Shown: positions 37,320 through 50,551, counted from the first letter of the stretch. The stretch: 64,000 nucleotides of DNA from Rotaria socialis (GCA_905331295.1 CAJNYD010000014.1:1-64000), one strand, 5' to 3'. Numbers and translations are program-made. The notes: a model not told the origin generated them from the sequence alone.

Positions 37320-39699
37320 ATGATCGAATTCCCATTTCCATATTTGACTACAGGCACTATTGTTCACGGCTGTGGGCGCGGAAGTAAAGAACTCGGCTGT
37401 CCTACAGGTATTTATATAGAAACTAATAAGATATTTAATTAAATGTTTCTGTTTGAATTCTAGCAAATTTAGATGCAAGTTCTATTGAAAATTTACCATC
37501 GGAAATTGATGAAGGTGTATATTTTGGATGGGCGCAATTTTTAACAAACAACAACGATGAACTTTATAAACTTGTAGCTAGTGTGGGAACAAATCCATTT
37601 TATAAATGTAAAGTGAAGACGCTGGTATGTTAAGAAAATAATTATTTTCATTGTGGTTTTTAATTGAATTCAAGTTTAGGAAGTCCATCTGATGCATAAT
37701 TTTGAAAGTGATTTTTATGGTGAAAAATTAAAAATTGTTCTTCTCGGTGAAATTCGTAAGATGACTTCGTTTAAAGATGCAAGTAAGAAATGCGCATATT
37801 CCTTGTTGCTGAATACAATCGCGTAACGTCACTACTGATTTACAAAAAATTTTGTATCGTTTCGTTCATTCCCTGGCAGAAATCTGCTTAAGTTCGTGTT
37901 CAATCAACTAAAGAAATAGTTAAAATTGATTTTGATTATGAAACGTAGAAATTGAAATTATTTTGTTTTAACAGTTTTATGATTGTTTTAGAAATATAAA
38001 ACTCGAAATCTTTAATAAACTATTTTGTTTTTTGAATATGTAGTTAATTCAGGAGACGCTATACGGTTAAAAATTTGAAAAAATGACTATTTAAGAATTG
38101 TAATCATGTTTTTCATTGTTAGGATAATGTTGAAATCGCTAGTCTTCATTTTGTTTTTAGATTTTTTAAATCATTGATTCTGATTCAATATCGCCGTTTC
38201 TTGTTTTTTTTCTTTATAAAATCGCATTTAGACGGAAGTTCATAACGGAAGCTACGGTTTTTTATCATTTATTAATGAAGAATTATTTTAATGTAGTTAT
38301 AACATATTACAAAGACTGCCTATCCGTTGCAGTGCAGCTTTTAGCATAAAAAAGCATGAACTTTATGAGTTCGCACGGAAAAAAAATTTCTCATATTACT
38401 TACTAAGAATACATAGAACAAAATGGCATAAATGTGTTCTAGGAAATGTTATTTTAATATTTGTAATAAATAAATATTCAAGCACTACTCTGAAAATTAA
38501 TTTGCCTGCATCAGTTTCAATTCATCTCATAAAAGAAATAATGATCAGTCGGTATAACTAAATACAATATTGAAAAAAAAGAGTTGTTTTTTTCTCCCTT
38601 CTTTTGATTAAAAAAAAACACCATTTTCAAAGAGAAAATTTTAGTCAAAAATGATAGAAAAATAATTTACCGTATGTACCAGCTAGCTATTGGTTGAAGA
38701 TAATATTGTATATTTAAAAAATCGTTGCGATCTTATGTCTTATTATTCTGTATGGAAAGTTTCTAGCGATGGGTAAAAGAGGTGAAATAGGAAGTAGTAA
38801 CGCACTAAAGAAGAAAAACAAAGACAAAGTTATTCATCTAAAATAGTTATTATTTCCTTGTTGAGTTTGACAAAGGATTCGTATAGGCATTTCATAATTA
38901 TATAATTTTATTCATGTAGAAAGATTCAATTGAATTTAAAAAGCGGCTCATAAAGCATAGAAAAATACAAAATGATAAACTGAATGAAAGACAATAATAA
39001 TAGAAAAAAAGTTGAATTTATTGACACACTTTTCTTGTTCAATCGACATATCATAAGCAACATATAAATCTCAGTGCAAAGAAAAAAAACAGGAAATAAT
39101 GAACGAGAATATAGTTACTGTAACAATTAGTTTTCTTTTCTCCGTTGGTAAGGAATGTTTTCAAGAAATATAGCACCTACTAAAATTGAAATATCTGTCG
39201 AACGTAGAACATTTCCTATTCAACATTGAGTTCGGGCATCCGTTTCGGATACAAATAACATGTTAGATTTTCTATAATAATGATGTATATTCGTAGCTGT
39301 TTGTCACTATTATTCGCTTAGTTTTCTAGGCCACTATATATTTTTTATTTGTCTAGCTTGAGATGCTCTAAAAGGAAAAGTGGTCGAAGTGAAAAAGTTA
39401 TTACATTCTAGACTTCTTATTTTTACAAACAATAAAATAACAATTATATGAGTAAAATGCAGCAAAACAAAAGCTAAATTTGCTGTACTAGTTGTTAGAC
39501 ACATTTATCTCTGAGCAAAATAAAAGACAAACATATTTCATAGGTTTTCTAAGCTATTAGCAATATTCTTTGCATTATGTATGCTTAATTTCTAGATGAA
39601 TTGGCTATGGCTATTCAGAATGATATCGCTAAAGCCCACCATGAACTTGATTCTGATCAATGCCGTCAATATTTAAATCATCCATATTTTAAAAATTAA
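37320..39699 (+). CDS. RFK: Riboflavin kinase (4 exons; absent from the ORF track)
   Basis: GTIVHGCGRGSKELGCPTAN, GVYFGWA, SVGTNPFY, EVHLMHNFESDFYGEKL; last exon ELAMAIQNDIAKA...HPYFKN*. Confidence 0.96.
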
Positions 39700-39778
39700 T
39701 TTAGATTTTTCTTCTTATCGAATAATAAAACAAATCAAGTGTATGAAAAAAAAAGAAAAAAAAAAGACTAAAACTTTT

Positions 39779-40141
39779 TTATTCATCTGCGAACTCCATT
39801 GATTCGTCGTAACGTGTAGCAGCTGATACTTCACGGTTATCAACGTTGAATATCGGATGACGACCAAATGTAAAATTTTCAACACGTTTGTAAGCTTCAG
39901 ATCTTTGTAATGGACCAAAGATCATAAAACAAACACCCAATATCGATAAGATTGATAAAACGAAAATAATGAGAAGTGAATTAGAAAATAAATTATTTGT
40001 CATTGTTGAAGATGATGAAGTTGATATTTCATATGTACAATTTTCAAGTGTGCTGTTAATTAACGTATTTGCACATAAAATTGATGATGACAAATTATTC
40101 GAAAACTGAAAATGGGTGTCATTACGAATTCGTATCAACAT
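39779..40141 (-). CDS. Small single-pass (type III-like) membrane protein, 120 aa
   Basis: ORF with several N-x-S/T sites, one hydrophobic helix (LLIIFVLSILSILGVCFMIF) and a short charged tail. An upstream acceptor-like site lies near 40335. Confidence 0.65.
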   Translation of the reverse strand: MLIRIRNDTHFQFSNNLSSSILCANTLINSTLENCTYEISTSSSSTMTNNLFSNSLLIIFVLSILSILGVCFMIFGPLQRSEAYKRVENFTFGRHPIFNVDNREVSAATRYDESMEFADE

Positions 40142-41565
40142 TGCGTATAGTAGTATAGATCAATTATATAATACGTAATAGTTTAGAAAGCTTCATATAC
40201 AACTATGAAGTCTTTCTTTTTGGCAATGACGCTTTAAGATTGACTTGAATCAAATTGATCTAATCGTTCTTTTGTTTCATAATTGTTTTACCATTATTAT
40301 TTTTCTTTCACATATATTTATATACTCATTCAGTCTACAAGAATTGAAATAAGAGAATAGAAAAGAAAAAGAAATAGAAAAACAAAAAAAGAGAACTTGT
40401 ATTTCTATACTATTTGTTAAAAAACTGTCAGATTAGAGAAAAGAAAAGAAAAGATGATGAATTAGTTTTTTTTTTGTTCAAGTACCTTGAATGTTTTAGA
40501 TATTTAGATTCTATGTTTCTTTATTTCTCAGTTTCCGAAGAATGCAATCGCAAAACTAGAGAGGTACGGAACGTTAAATATTTATGTTCTAGGTTGCTTT
40601 GTTCAAATGGAGCATTTTTAATACGGGTCTTTTGTAAAACGCAAAACAATTACACGTAGCTCGATATGTAGATGTATATGCATGTGGATAAATAGACACA
40701 AGTAAATAATAAATTGGATACTATGACTGTTTCTCATGAGCTTACACGATAGCAATACTATAGAAAAAAAAACCATATGGCTACATCTGTTTGCTCTAAT
40801 GTGGGACCAAGCGTATAGACTTACTTTTTTCTTTTCTTTTTCTCTAGTATTCCATGTCAGCGACAAATCCAATATTCCAATCTATAGAGACAAAGAGAGG
40901 AAGAGAAAAAGACGGAAACAGTAACGGATTTAGAGGAGGAGCTGGTCGGACACTTGCTCGTCCTTTCAAATTTGGTACACTATTTTTCACAACGAAATCG
41001 AGCGAAAAGCGGTGTCACATTTCATCGCATGAATTTCAAGATGCATTTTTTACGCATCATTGTCATTCGATTTTTATTAGCATCTCAAGTTCTCCATTGA
41101 ACGTACATAGGTACGAAGAATATTACAAAAATAAGATTGGTCATGAAATAGAATTACCGTCACATCAAATACAATGACTAAAACCAATTTCAAACTGGGT
41201 GCTTGAAATAAAGCAAAGAAAAATATCATTAGTATTTATATTCTTGCATATACTTTTTCTTCCTGATGTTATGTAAACTACTGAGAGTAAATTAACTAAA
41301 AAGTTTTAAAATAAACATACACTAACGCCCTCTGTCAATTGAGATTTTCTCAAAATAGACTACTTTTTTTTAACAGCTAAAATATTTCATCGTTTTCCAA
41401 TAATTAACATTCACGAAAGAAAAACGCTTGAAATTTTTCTTCAACTTGCAAATTTCAATTTGAAATATTTCTAATTGTTATGTTAAATCATGGAAATAAT
41501 CCATTTGAGTTTTAGATTGTTTATTTGTTCCAGTATCAATATTGTCAAGTTTAGAAGCGACGTAC

Positions 41566-41961
41566 ATGACTGAATCCTCTGATGATATCATTGTTCTTTC
41601 TGATGAAGACGAAGAAATAAAAATCGAGTCTATTGCTGATGCAAAAATATCTAAACCTATCAATAAATCTCGTGCATGTGCAACTCGAAAAAATACGTCT
41701 TTAAAATCAACTATTCAAAATCGTGCACCCACACTTATTTTAACTGAACCAAAATCAATATCTTATGGCATTGAGCGTGGCTATAAACTAAAACGTATTC
41801 TTGGTGTCAAACGTTTAATAACTGAAAAACAATTACTGTACCTTGTTGAATATGAATTATGTGATGATCACGAATTTGTACCATCAAATATTTTGCGTCA
41901 ATATTGTAATGAAGATATATTAATAGAATATCTTGAAAAATTAGCACAATTTACTGATTAA
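41566..41961 (+). CDS. Chromoshadow-domain-only HP1-like protein with an N-terminal SUMO-interacting-like motif
   Basis: The C-terminal YGIERGYKLKRILGV...QLLYLVEYELCDDHEFVPSNILRQYCNEDILIEYLEKL aligns by eye to the HP1 chromoshadow consensus. The N-terminus reads DDIIVLSDEDEE. Confidence 0.75.
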   Translation: MTESSDDIIVLSDEDEEIKIESIADAKISKPINKSRACATRKNTSLKSTIQNRAPTLILTEPKSISYGIERGYKLKRILGVKRLITEKQLLYLVEYELCDDHEFVPSNILRQYCNEDILIEYLEKLAQFTD

Positions 41962-42007
41962 AAGCAACGATATTTTGTTTATTTTCCAGATAAAATATTC
42001 ATCTAAC

Positions 42008-42331
42008 ATGTCTTCTAACGTATATTCAATGCCATGTTCGATTGATGTTCCATCAACAATTACTAGTGATATCAAAAGACATTTTACAAATTCAATTAAA
42101 CAAAAAGATAATCATGACAATAAATGTGTAGCATCATTTCGTGGTCGACCATTAGACGGCGAACAACTTAATATACCTGATGATTATATTGGTGTTTTAA
42201 CAAACTCATCCAAAATTGTTTCATCGTTCGATAAGTTAACATATTTCAATTTGGATTGTTCAACTTCAAAAAATGATTGTTTAGCTCGTAGTATAGCATG
42301 GCTTTCATTAGCAAAAATACTTCATGAATAA
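42008..42331 (+). CDS. RNASEH2C: Ribonuclease H2 subunit C (intronless, 107 aa)
   Basis: MPCSI, ASFRGRPLDGEQLNIPDDYIGVL, FDKLTYFNLD and AWLSLAKILH motifs. Confidence 0.92.
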   Translation: MSSNVYSMPCSIDVPSTITSDIKRHFTNSIKQKDNHDNKCVASFRGRPLDGEQLNIPDDYIGVLTNSSKIVSSFDKLTYFNLDCSTSKNDCLARSIAWLSLAKILHE

Positions 42332-42404
42332 AAAAAATATATTCTGCTCTTTATGTGAAATAAAATTCTTCTGTTGATCTATTGTAGATTAAAAAGTTGA
42401 CATC

Positions 42405-43142
42405 ATGGGTGCATATAAATATCTACAAGAAATTTACCGTAAAAAACAAAGTGATGTAATGCGTTTTATTTTCCGTATTCGTACATGGCATTATCGACAA
42501 CTAGCTGCTATTCATCGTGCACCAAAATCTACACGACCAGAAAAGGCACGACGTGTCGGCTATAAAGCTAAAGCTGGCTATGTAAATAGACAAAATATTG
42601 TTGATTTATTAATTATCTGTTTTTTTTTGTTAATATGAAATTTAGGTCATCTATCGTGTCCGTGTTCGACGTGGTTCACGAAAGAAGCCAGTACCAAAAG
42701 GTCAAGTATATGGTAAACCAAAACATCAAGGTATCAACCAATTGAAATTTCAACGTTCATTACAATCAGTTGCTGAAGAACGTGTTGGACGTCGTTGCCC
42801 AACATTACGTGTACTTAACTCATATTGGATTGCACAAGATGCAACATACAAATTCTATGAAGTTGTACTTATTGATCCATGTCACAAAGGTAAATGAATC
42901 GAATATATTTGGTGATATTAGAATTGAGTTTCCAATGTTTATGATTAGGTATTCGTAATGATGCACGTATCAACTGGATCTGTAAAGCAAATAAGAAACA
43001 CCGTGAATTACGTGGTTTAACATCAGCTGGAAGAAAATCTCGTGGACTTGGCCATGGTCATCGTTATTCGCTTGCAACAGGTGGATCACGTCGTACATGC
43101 TGGAAACGTCGCCAACAGCTCAGTCTCCGACGATTTCGTTAA
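42405..43142 (+). CDS. RPL15: 60S ribosomal protein L15 (eL15), 3 exons, 204 aa
   Basis: Exons 42405-42581, 42646-42889 and 42949-43142 total 615 nt. [21 protein letters not shown]...YRVRVRRG...LRVLNSYW...[19 protein letters not shown]. Confidence 0.99.
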
Positions 43143-45039
43143 AAGACAACAACAATATAAACGACAGCAATGCCATAGAAATTTTGTTTTTCATTTGTTG
43201 TTGTTGTTTTGTATTATTCGATCCAAAAATTTAAGAAGAAATTAAAGAAAAAAACGCCCGATAAACGAAAAACGTTTATGAATATTTAATTGAATTATTT
43301 TATTTTTGTTGATGTCATTTATTAGCATATTGGATATATGATAAGATCCAATTTTAAATGAACACAAAAATCAGATATGTCTCTACTGACTAGATAAATT
43401 AAAAAATTGAAACTTAATCTCTTTGTTAGTCATGAGAAAACATATTATTATTAGAACGATACCCAATGATAGGGTCAAGTCTTACGGATAATAAAAAAAA
43501 ATCGTATCTGTATTATTTCTAATATAAAATTGAAACTGTTCAATAATAATATTATGATTCATTGGCTCGGTAAAGCATGAGTATTTTTCTTGTTGCTAAA
43601 ACATTCTTATATTGACGATATATCAAGGAAAAAATGATTATGCTATTGCAAATGAAGCGTTTAGCCATTCATTGTTAGTAATTTATAAGAATGCTTCCAT
43701 GTCAGTTTATACATCTAAAACTATTCAGTTATAACACCCATTAGAATCAATTTAACTATTAATCATCGATATTGAAATCAATTTCATCCACCAATACTTA
43801 TATAATGATGTACAGAAAAGATTTGAATTATTTCGTTTTTCTTCATTTTAAAAGCAGTGGAAAATTATCATAGGACAATTCAAACTATATAATGTACATA
43901 GAAAGTTTTTGATTTTTTTGTCTATGGTTTATAAAATTAGTCTAGTAATAAATTTTACTAAGGAAGCATTCTCCTAACATTCAAGTGACTATATTCATGA
44001 TATAACCAATTTAATTTACGATTGATAACTAAGACAGTTATTCATTGACAGTATAAATTTTGAGGATGGCATCGAACAGAAATTCCATACAAAATATTCA
44101 TCTGGAGATTGTTTTTCTTATTAACATAATCCTCGAGAAACAGCCAATTTTTGTAAAAAAACAGACACATCTTGAGATAAGCATACAGCAGCTCGTCTTA
44201 TAGCTCTTGGATTTCAACAAGAATAGGTTGCTGAGTAAACAAGAAGTTGTCCCTAGACAACTATACCTATATAAATTTCAGCTACTCAGGATCATGTTTT
44301 AAATGAAGCAGTATCCTGCTTAGTCCAACTGATATAAACAGAATATAGTTGATAATTAAAATCTTGAAGTCGACGCGTATTTCTTTTTTTTTTTAGAGAC
44401 GTTCCAACGAAGTACGAGTGATTGTTTGAATCATCGTCTAAATTCTAAGTCAAAATTACGACAGAAGTGAATGATAAAGAAATATTTTCTTCCAAGAAGA
44501 TCAAGACTCGCAACATAGAATACCAATTGTATCAGGTATTAAAAGAAAAATTACAAGAAGATTTCTGAAGTTTTAGCTTCTAAAAAATGGATTGACCAAA
44601 GAATGAATAAAACTTGATTAATGAAATTTCCCATTTATTTGGCTATGGGATAATTAAGGATAGAAACTAAATAAATGATAGTTTAATAATCATGTTGATT
44701 CTTGTTGTTAAATTCATGTGGGATCTTACTGTGTTTTAGTTTCGATCATACATATGAAATAATATTAATCGATTTCAGAATTTCAATTATTGGATTTGTT
44801 AAATTGATACTAGTTTGAATAAAAGACACAAAAATCACCGAATAGTCTCTAATGCTAAACATCATCTAACATAATTGAAGCTGAAATAAATGTAATTGTC
44901 TAAGACTCACTCTTTATTAACATAGAAATTGATTTTTTGATCTATTCTCAGATATTATTGGATAGTTTTTCTAGCCATGATGTCAATGATAAGTTGCTTG
45001 AGTTATCTAGTTCGAATGCTAATACGTAAGTTTAACAGC

Positions 45040-45200
45040 AAATTCTAAGAACAATGGGTTCCATCGTGTAATTATAATTCACGAACATTTAACTGGAGAA
45101 GGTTAGACGATAAGCATCAAGAGTCAATGTTGAAGCGGCACTTGATATAATCCTATTGAATATCTATGCCAAAACGTTTCTTCTGGCAAGTACGGAAAGC
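45040..45200 (+). pseudogene. Possible decayed Tc1/mariner transposase fragment
   Basis: Broken frames give HEHLTGEG and NPIEYL, reminiscent of the Tc1 SPDLNPIExLW region. Very short and frameshifted. Confidence 0.3.
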
Positions 45201-45941
45201 AAGAATGTTTCGGTTGATCTTGTTTACTCAAAAGATAGCTACATTCTCCTCAGGATTAAGAAAAAAAAAGATTTTCGTAATCTTCATGATTAAACTAATC
45301 ATTTCTTTTAGATAAATTTACAGAAGACTTTTATATTCGGATTTCTTGAAGTTTCTATAAATGAATTGAAAACTACGATAAGAAAATCTCTTTCATATGC
45401 GACTGATATGAATACTATAGGTTGAAGTGTATGCAAAAAAACACTTTTGCCCGTACGACAGCGCTATTTTTCATGAAGGCTACCTGAAAGTCTTCTCAGT
45501 ATTGAAGATCAAAGTTCGAAATGGTAGGATAACATTGATATATCATACTTTTATGAAAATTGACAGTTCATTTCATTTAATTTATTGATATCATAGTTAC
45601 TGTTTTGGTTTGATAATAAAATCTTGATAATGTACAAAAATCAATCGGTTATTTTTAACAAATAAAACATTCTTGTTTTTCTTTCATACGCACCGGCATT
45701 AATAATATTATAATATTTTTCGTTCATAAATCACTCACTATCTAGCTATTTTCCAAAAAAAAAACAAAATTGCACAGGATATATATAAAAAAAACTAACA
45801 AGAAAAAATATATGGAATGGCATTTGCAAGAAAGAAAAGAATTAATTTCTATATCACATGAAACGAAAAGAGGCATGTCTATTTATTTTAAATGGATATT
45901 CGCATTAGTTTGTTGGCGTCCTTTTCAAGTGGATTGATATG

Positions 45942-47957
45942 TCAATCAATCTGTGATTGATTCGTCACATTATCATTATCTTCTGATGTCGATTGATGAC
46001 CACGATTTCTTCGCCGAGTACCATATGCACATTTGTTTATGTTTCCACCGGTTTCACTATATTCAAATTGTACAGTAAAATGACGTATGCAATGTGTTGC
46101 AAGTATTCGTTGTAATTGACGTCCGAATAAATCTGTACATGTACTTAATAGTAGATCTTCATCGCATACAACATGTAGTGTTGCAAAGACATCTCGAGCT
46201 GTTGCTCTAAAAATAAACGAAGAAAATGGCTGCTCGTGTAGACAACAAAAAAACAACAACAACCGCAAGTATAATGCATACCTCCAAACATGAACACTAT
46301 GTACAGCGCGTATTTGTGGTATTGTTTTCATTATTGTTTGAATTAATTGTCCAGTGTCTATACCCGATGGTACAGCTTCAACAAGAATATGGCCCAGAGA
46401 CCAAATGACAGGTATAGCTTTAATACCAATGATAACTACCATAACTAATGTTAATGATGGATCAATGTATTGTAACCATAGATTAATGTTTTTACCGCTT
46501 TTATCTTCTTGTGGAATAAATTTAATTAATAGGCCAGATAATAATACGATTGAGGATTCAAGAAGAACTGCCTGCATAAAACAAAAATATTGAAAATTAA
46601 AGAAGACTATTTTTTTTTGAGTTTTTCTTATGCGACGATTGAACTATAGGGAAATGACGAGTGTTTAAAAGTCTTTTTACTGCATAGCCAGTATTCGCTG
46701 CTCAATATAATTGATTTTAATCATAAAAACATCCGGTTCATTCCTGTATTCAAGAGAAACAATGGGTTTTCTTTTCTATTCAAGTTATTGTTACGCATAA
46801 GAAGTAATCAATACAAAATTTGTCAGATCCAATAGATTTATTGTGAAGAACCTAAGAATTTCCCTCTATTATTATTATTATTATTTTTCTATATATATAG
46901 ATATATATATTTACCAATGAATGTAAACAAAGAGCATGTAAAGTTGCAAAGACACGTGATTTTTGAAATTCATCTTCAAGAACTAAATCATCATGATCAA
47001 GAAAAGATGTTGATGATATTATCGAGTCACCGCTTCTACTTCTCGTTCGTTTAAATTCAACAGATACACGGCCAGGTACACGCAATTGTTTCTCACCAGC
47101 ATCAGTAATATGCTCTTCTGTAAATGAAGAAGCTATGTCGGAAGCAATAAATGCATTTTGATAGGTATCATTTAACGATGACAGAATTAAATTTGGTTTT
47201 GGTTGAATTTTTTGTTCGATATTATTATTATTATTGTTGTTATTATAGATATTTGATGGTGATTCGGTAACAATTAATTCAGGAATAACAATAGGTTGTG
47301 AATTTGATACACTTGTTTGTCGCATGAATGGATCTTGTGTAGTTTCATTACTCGCATCAAGGCTACGTAAAGTTGTATAAACACTACGAACAAAATCGTT
47401 TTTCTTTTGTTTAACGATTTCATGTCCTATGTTATGATCATGATCGAAACCACGAAATAAAACTAGTCCCAATAAACCGATGAATACGCCAACTGAACCT
47501 AAACGAATCATGACTACTGCATCTTTGATATGATTTGGATTAATTAATTTATTAACAGCATCGACTATAATAGAAAGTGATAGTGATACAAGTAGAACTT
47601 CTTGTAATAGACCAGCAAGTATTTCTAATCGTGCCCATCTTGATAAAAAGAAAGAAAAAAAGAAATAACAATATCTAAATAAATTATTCTACAGTGAGCG
47701 TGTTTATACCCAAAAGTATTTTTCGAGTGTAGACGTTCAGCTTTAGCATAACGTAATGCAATTAATGAGCCAACTAATGCAATGCCTTCAGCAAATGAAA
47801 AAAGTCCATCGGCAATAAGCAATTGGGATCGAACACGAATTCCATATATTACTTCAGTTATTGCTATGCCAACAGTTAATATAAGCATAATTACCATTCG
47901 ACCTGTTTTTGATTTTAACATTCGAAGACACCAGTGTAAACGATGCCATGCCATCAT
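45942..47957 (-). CDS. CDF/SLC30 (ZnT1/ZnT10-like) cation transporter, 4 exons
   Basis: Exons 47957-47710, 47638-46915, 46571-46282 and 46206-45942. Motifs KNTFGWARLEILAGL, YIDPSLTL, ILVEAVPSGID, AVHSVHVWR, ATLHV and IRHFTVQFE. Confidence 0.92.
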
Positions 47958-50551
47958 CAACTTGTAATTTGTTTTTAATGTTGGTCTTTTTCTTGTTGTA
48001 GTTACTTACTTACAAACGAATAAAAACAAAAATCATCGTCTCTTTTGGTAATACAGACTAGACAAAAATATTGCGAACAGAACAGTTATGTTCATTACTC
48101 TGGAATTTTAACGATATATGAATTTATAATTAAAAAGAACTTAAATGCACATAAATAGAACAATCCTGCTGGGCACTATATATAGTCATGGCTTATTCCA
48201 CAGAAAAAAACATCATTGGAAAAAATAGTAATCTATGCGAACTACCAACCAGATGAAAAGATTATTTATTTTCATAGTGATATGAAGTACAATAAATGAA
48301 TTCATCAACATTAATTACTTATTTTTGCTATGTTAGAAATGATACAGTTAACAGTGAGATAAAGCAAATGTGAAACGGACCGATAAATATTTAAATAGAC
48401 TAGAACGATGTTTACCCTATCTATATGATGAAATCATATAGCAAGTAATCATTTTAATGGAATAGTATTTACACATTCATTTTCATCTAAAATTGTAGTT
48501 ATTAGAAAAGAATATTTTTTGTCATATTTTTGTGGGTTCATCATTTGAAGTGTAAATAGTGCGATAAAGAATCGAGTGCTTTCATGATGTGAGCATAAGT
48601 AATTATTTTGCCTAGGCAGACCAGAGAATTCTCACGTCGTGCTAAGAATAGAAAATGTTGGGAAAATTTAAAGTGCATATCTCTCTTTTTAACGAATGCT
48701 ACTGATAAAAAAAAATGTACCTAGTATATGGTAACTGAAAAACTAAATACATGATTAGCTTACTGATATAGTTTCTAAGTAAATACTTGATTAATAAGTA
48801 AAAAAATCAATTCAAAAGTGATTCTATTAGAGAATGAATGGCTAATTTTGTTTTACTAGAAGTACTTTTTTTTATCTTATGAATTGCAATCAAATAACCG
48901 TAAATTCTACTTAGAATTTCTATGATAGATGGTCGAAAAAAACCAACAAACCTTGAAATATAAAGAAGATCTAATATATATTTATATATATATGCATATC
49001 TTAAAATTAAAACTGAATATTTTATGAAGTCTACTATTTACATTTAATTATAATAAATTATTATTAACTATTTGAACTATTCAATATATTATTCTATTGA
49101 ACAATTTCTGTGCTGTGCTGTGATATGAAAAAAATGGACGGAATGGAAAGGAGAAAATTATTTTTACTATCGCACGTTTTTGCTCGTTTGACGTCTAATG
49201 TCGATGCGTTGAAAATCTTCGCTTTTGCTTTCTCGACGCCATTCAATCATCGATGCTAATATACGAATTATGTTGCAGCTTTTCTGCTTTTGCGCGATCT
49301 CTACCACTCTATTTCAGCGTGTGCTTCTATGCATTTTTATTCTGCTTGATGCTATCGATTGACTGTGGTGTTTTCATTCGCCATCCAGTCATCGATGTAT
49401 ACGAATTAATCTATCTCTTTTCTCTACGCTATTTCTTACTGTATAACGCACCCGGAAATGCAATGACTTGTCCATCCGACCGTCTATTTAATATATAATC
49501 AAATTGAACGAAAAAAAAACGATTAAACCACTTTTTGCTATGCTTGCCATTATCACTTATTCACTTTAGTATAACTTTTTCCTTCTCATTGATAATATGT
49601 GATGCATTTAATGTCATTCAAAACAATCATCACGCACAAAAATGAAATGAAACAAACATATCTCTTAAAAATTGCTTGTAGGATAATGCCAGCAATAGTT
49701 GTGTTCCATTTTCGAATATGCATTATTCTCTCAACTATATTATCGATAAGGATATATAATTTTTTATTGGTTATACTTTATCATGATAAATTTGTCTTCG
49801 AAAAGAGAGCAAGTATTTTATCTTCTGGAAAGAAAAACAAAATAAGTTGAAGGATCAGGGAATATCCGGTTTGTTTTTGTTAGTAAGATAAACACATACG
49901 AGAAATAGTAAACAAAAAAAACATCAAGAAAAAAACTACTCGTTAAAATAAAACGAGAAAAATATTTTTTCTCTAAATATTATTTGTACTGGCTGATTCC
50001 ATTGAAAAAAAATTATTTGAGAATGATATAATTTACACTTTAAACAGGGGCAGTAACACGGTTAATTATAATATGGTAGTAACAGTCAAAGATCCTCATC
50101 GAATATGCATATGCAATAGAAATACGATCATAAAAATATCTTCGTTTTTGTTACTTACTTTTCTAGACGAGAGAAAGTGTACATCCAATAATAGAATAAG
50201 TTTCAAGTAATGATAGTTTCTCGAGCTTTATTTTAAAATATTTCTCTTAAATATAGTAAATGTAAAGTATCTTTAAAATGAAGAGAAACAGAAAGGAAGA
50301 ATTATGCTCGAAAAAAATCGACCTTGAAAAAGACTTGTTTTTTCCGTTGCACTACAATGCTGGTAGGTTCGTTTTTAAATATTTTTTGTTTCATCCCTTA
50401 TTCTTTCTGCTTTTGCCATGCATTAAAAATTAACAATATATTGGCATACTTGTTACATCTACCTGATACACTGTAGATGTAAAGAAATGAATAGATGACT
50501 TGATTGCATCAAATACTGCCATTGAAAGTTATTTTCTATAACCAATCTAAC

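Noticed and set aside
37790..39180. Possible TIR element in RFK intron 3
   Set aside because: Inverted similarity between the ends is patchy and no TSD was found.
40854..41177. 107-aa ORF upstream of the three-gene cluster
   Set aside because: No recognisable motif; it lies in a likely promoter/UTR region between divergent genes.
44040..44570. Possible decayed retroelement coding sequence
   Set aside because: Only vague fragments in broken frames; no diagnostic motif.
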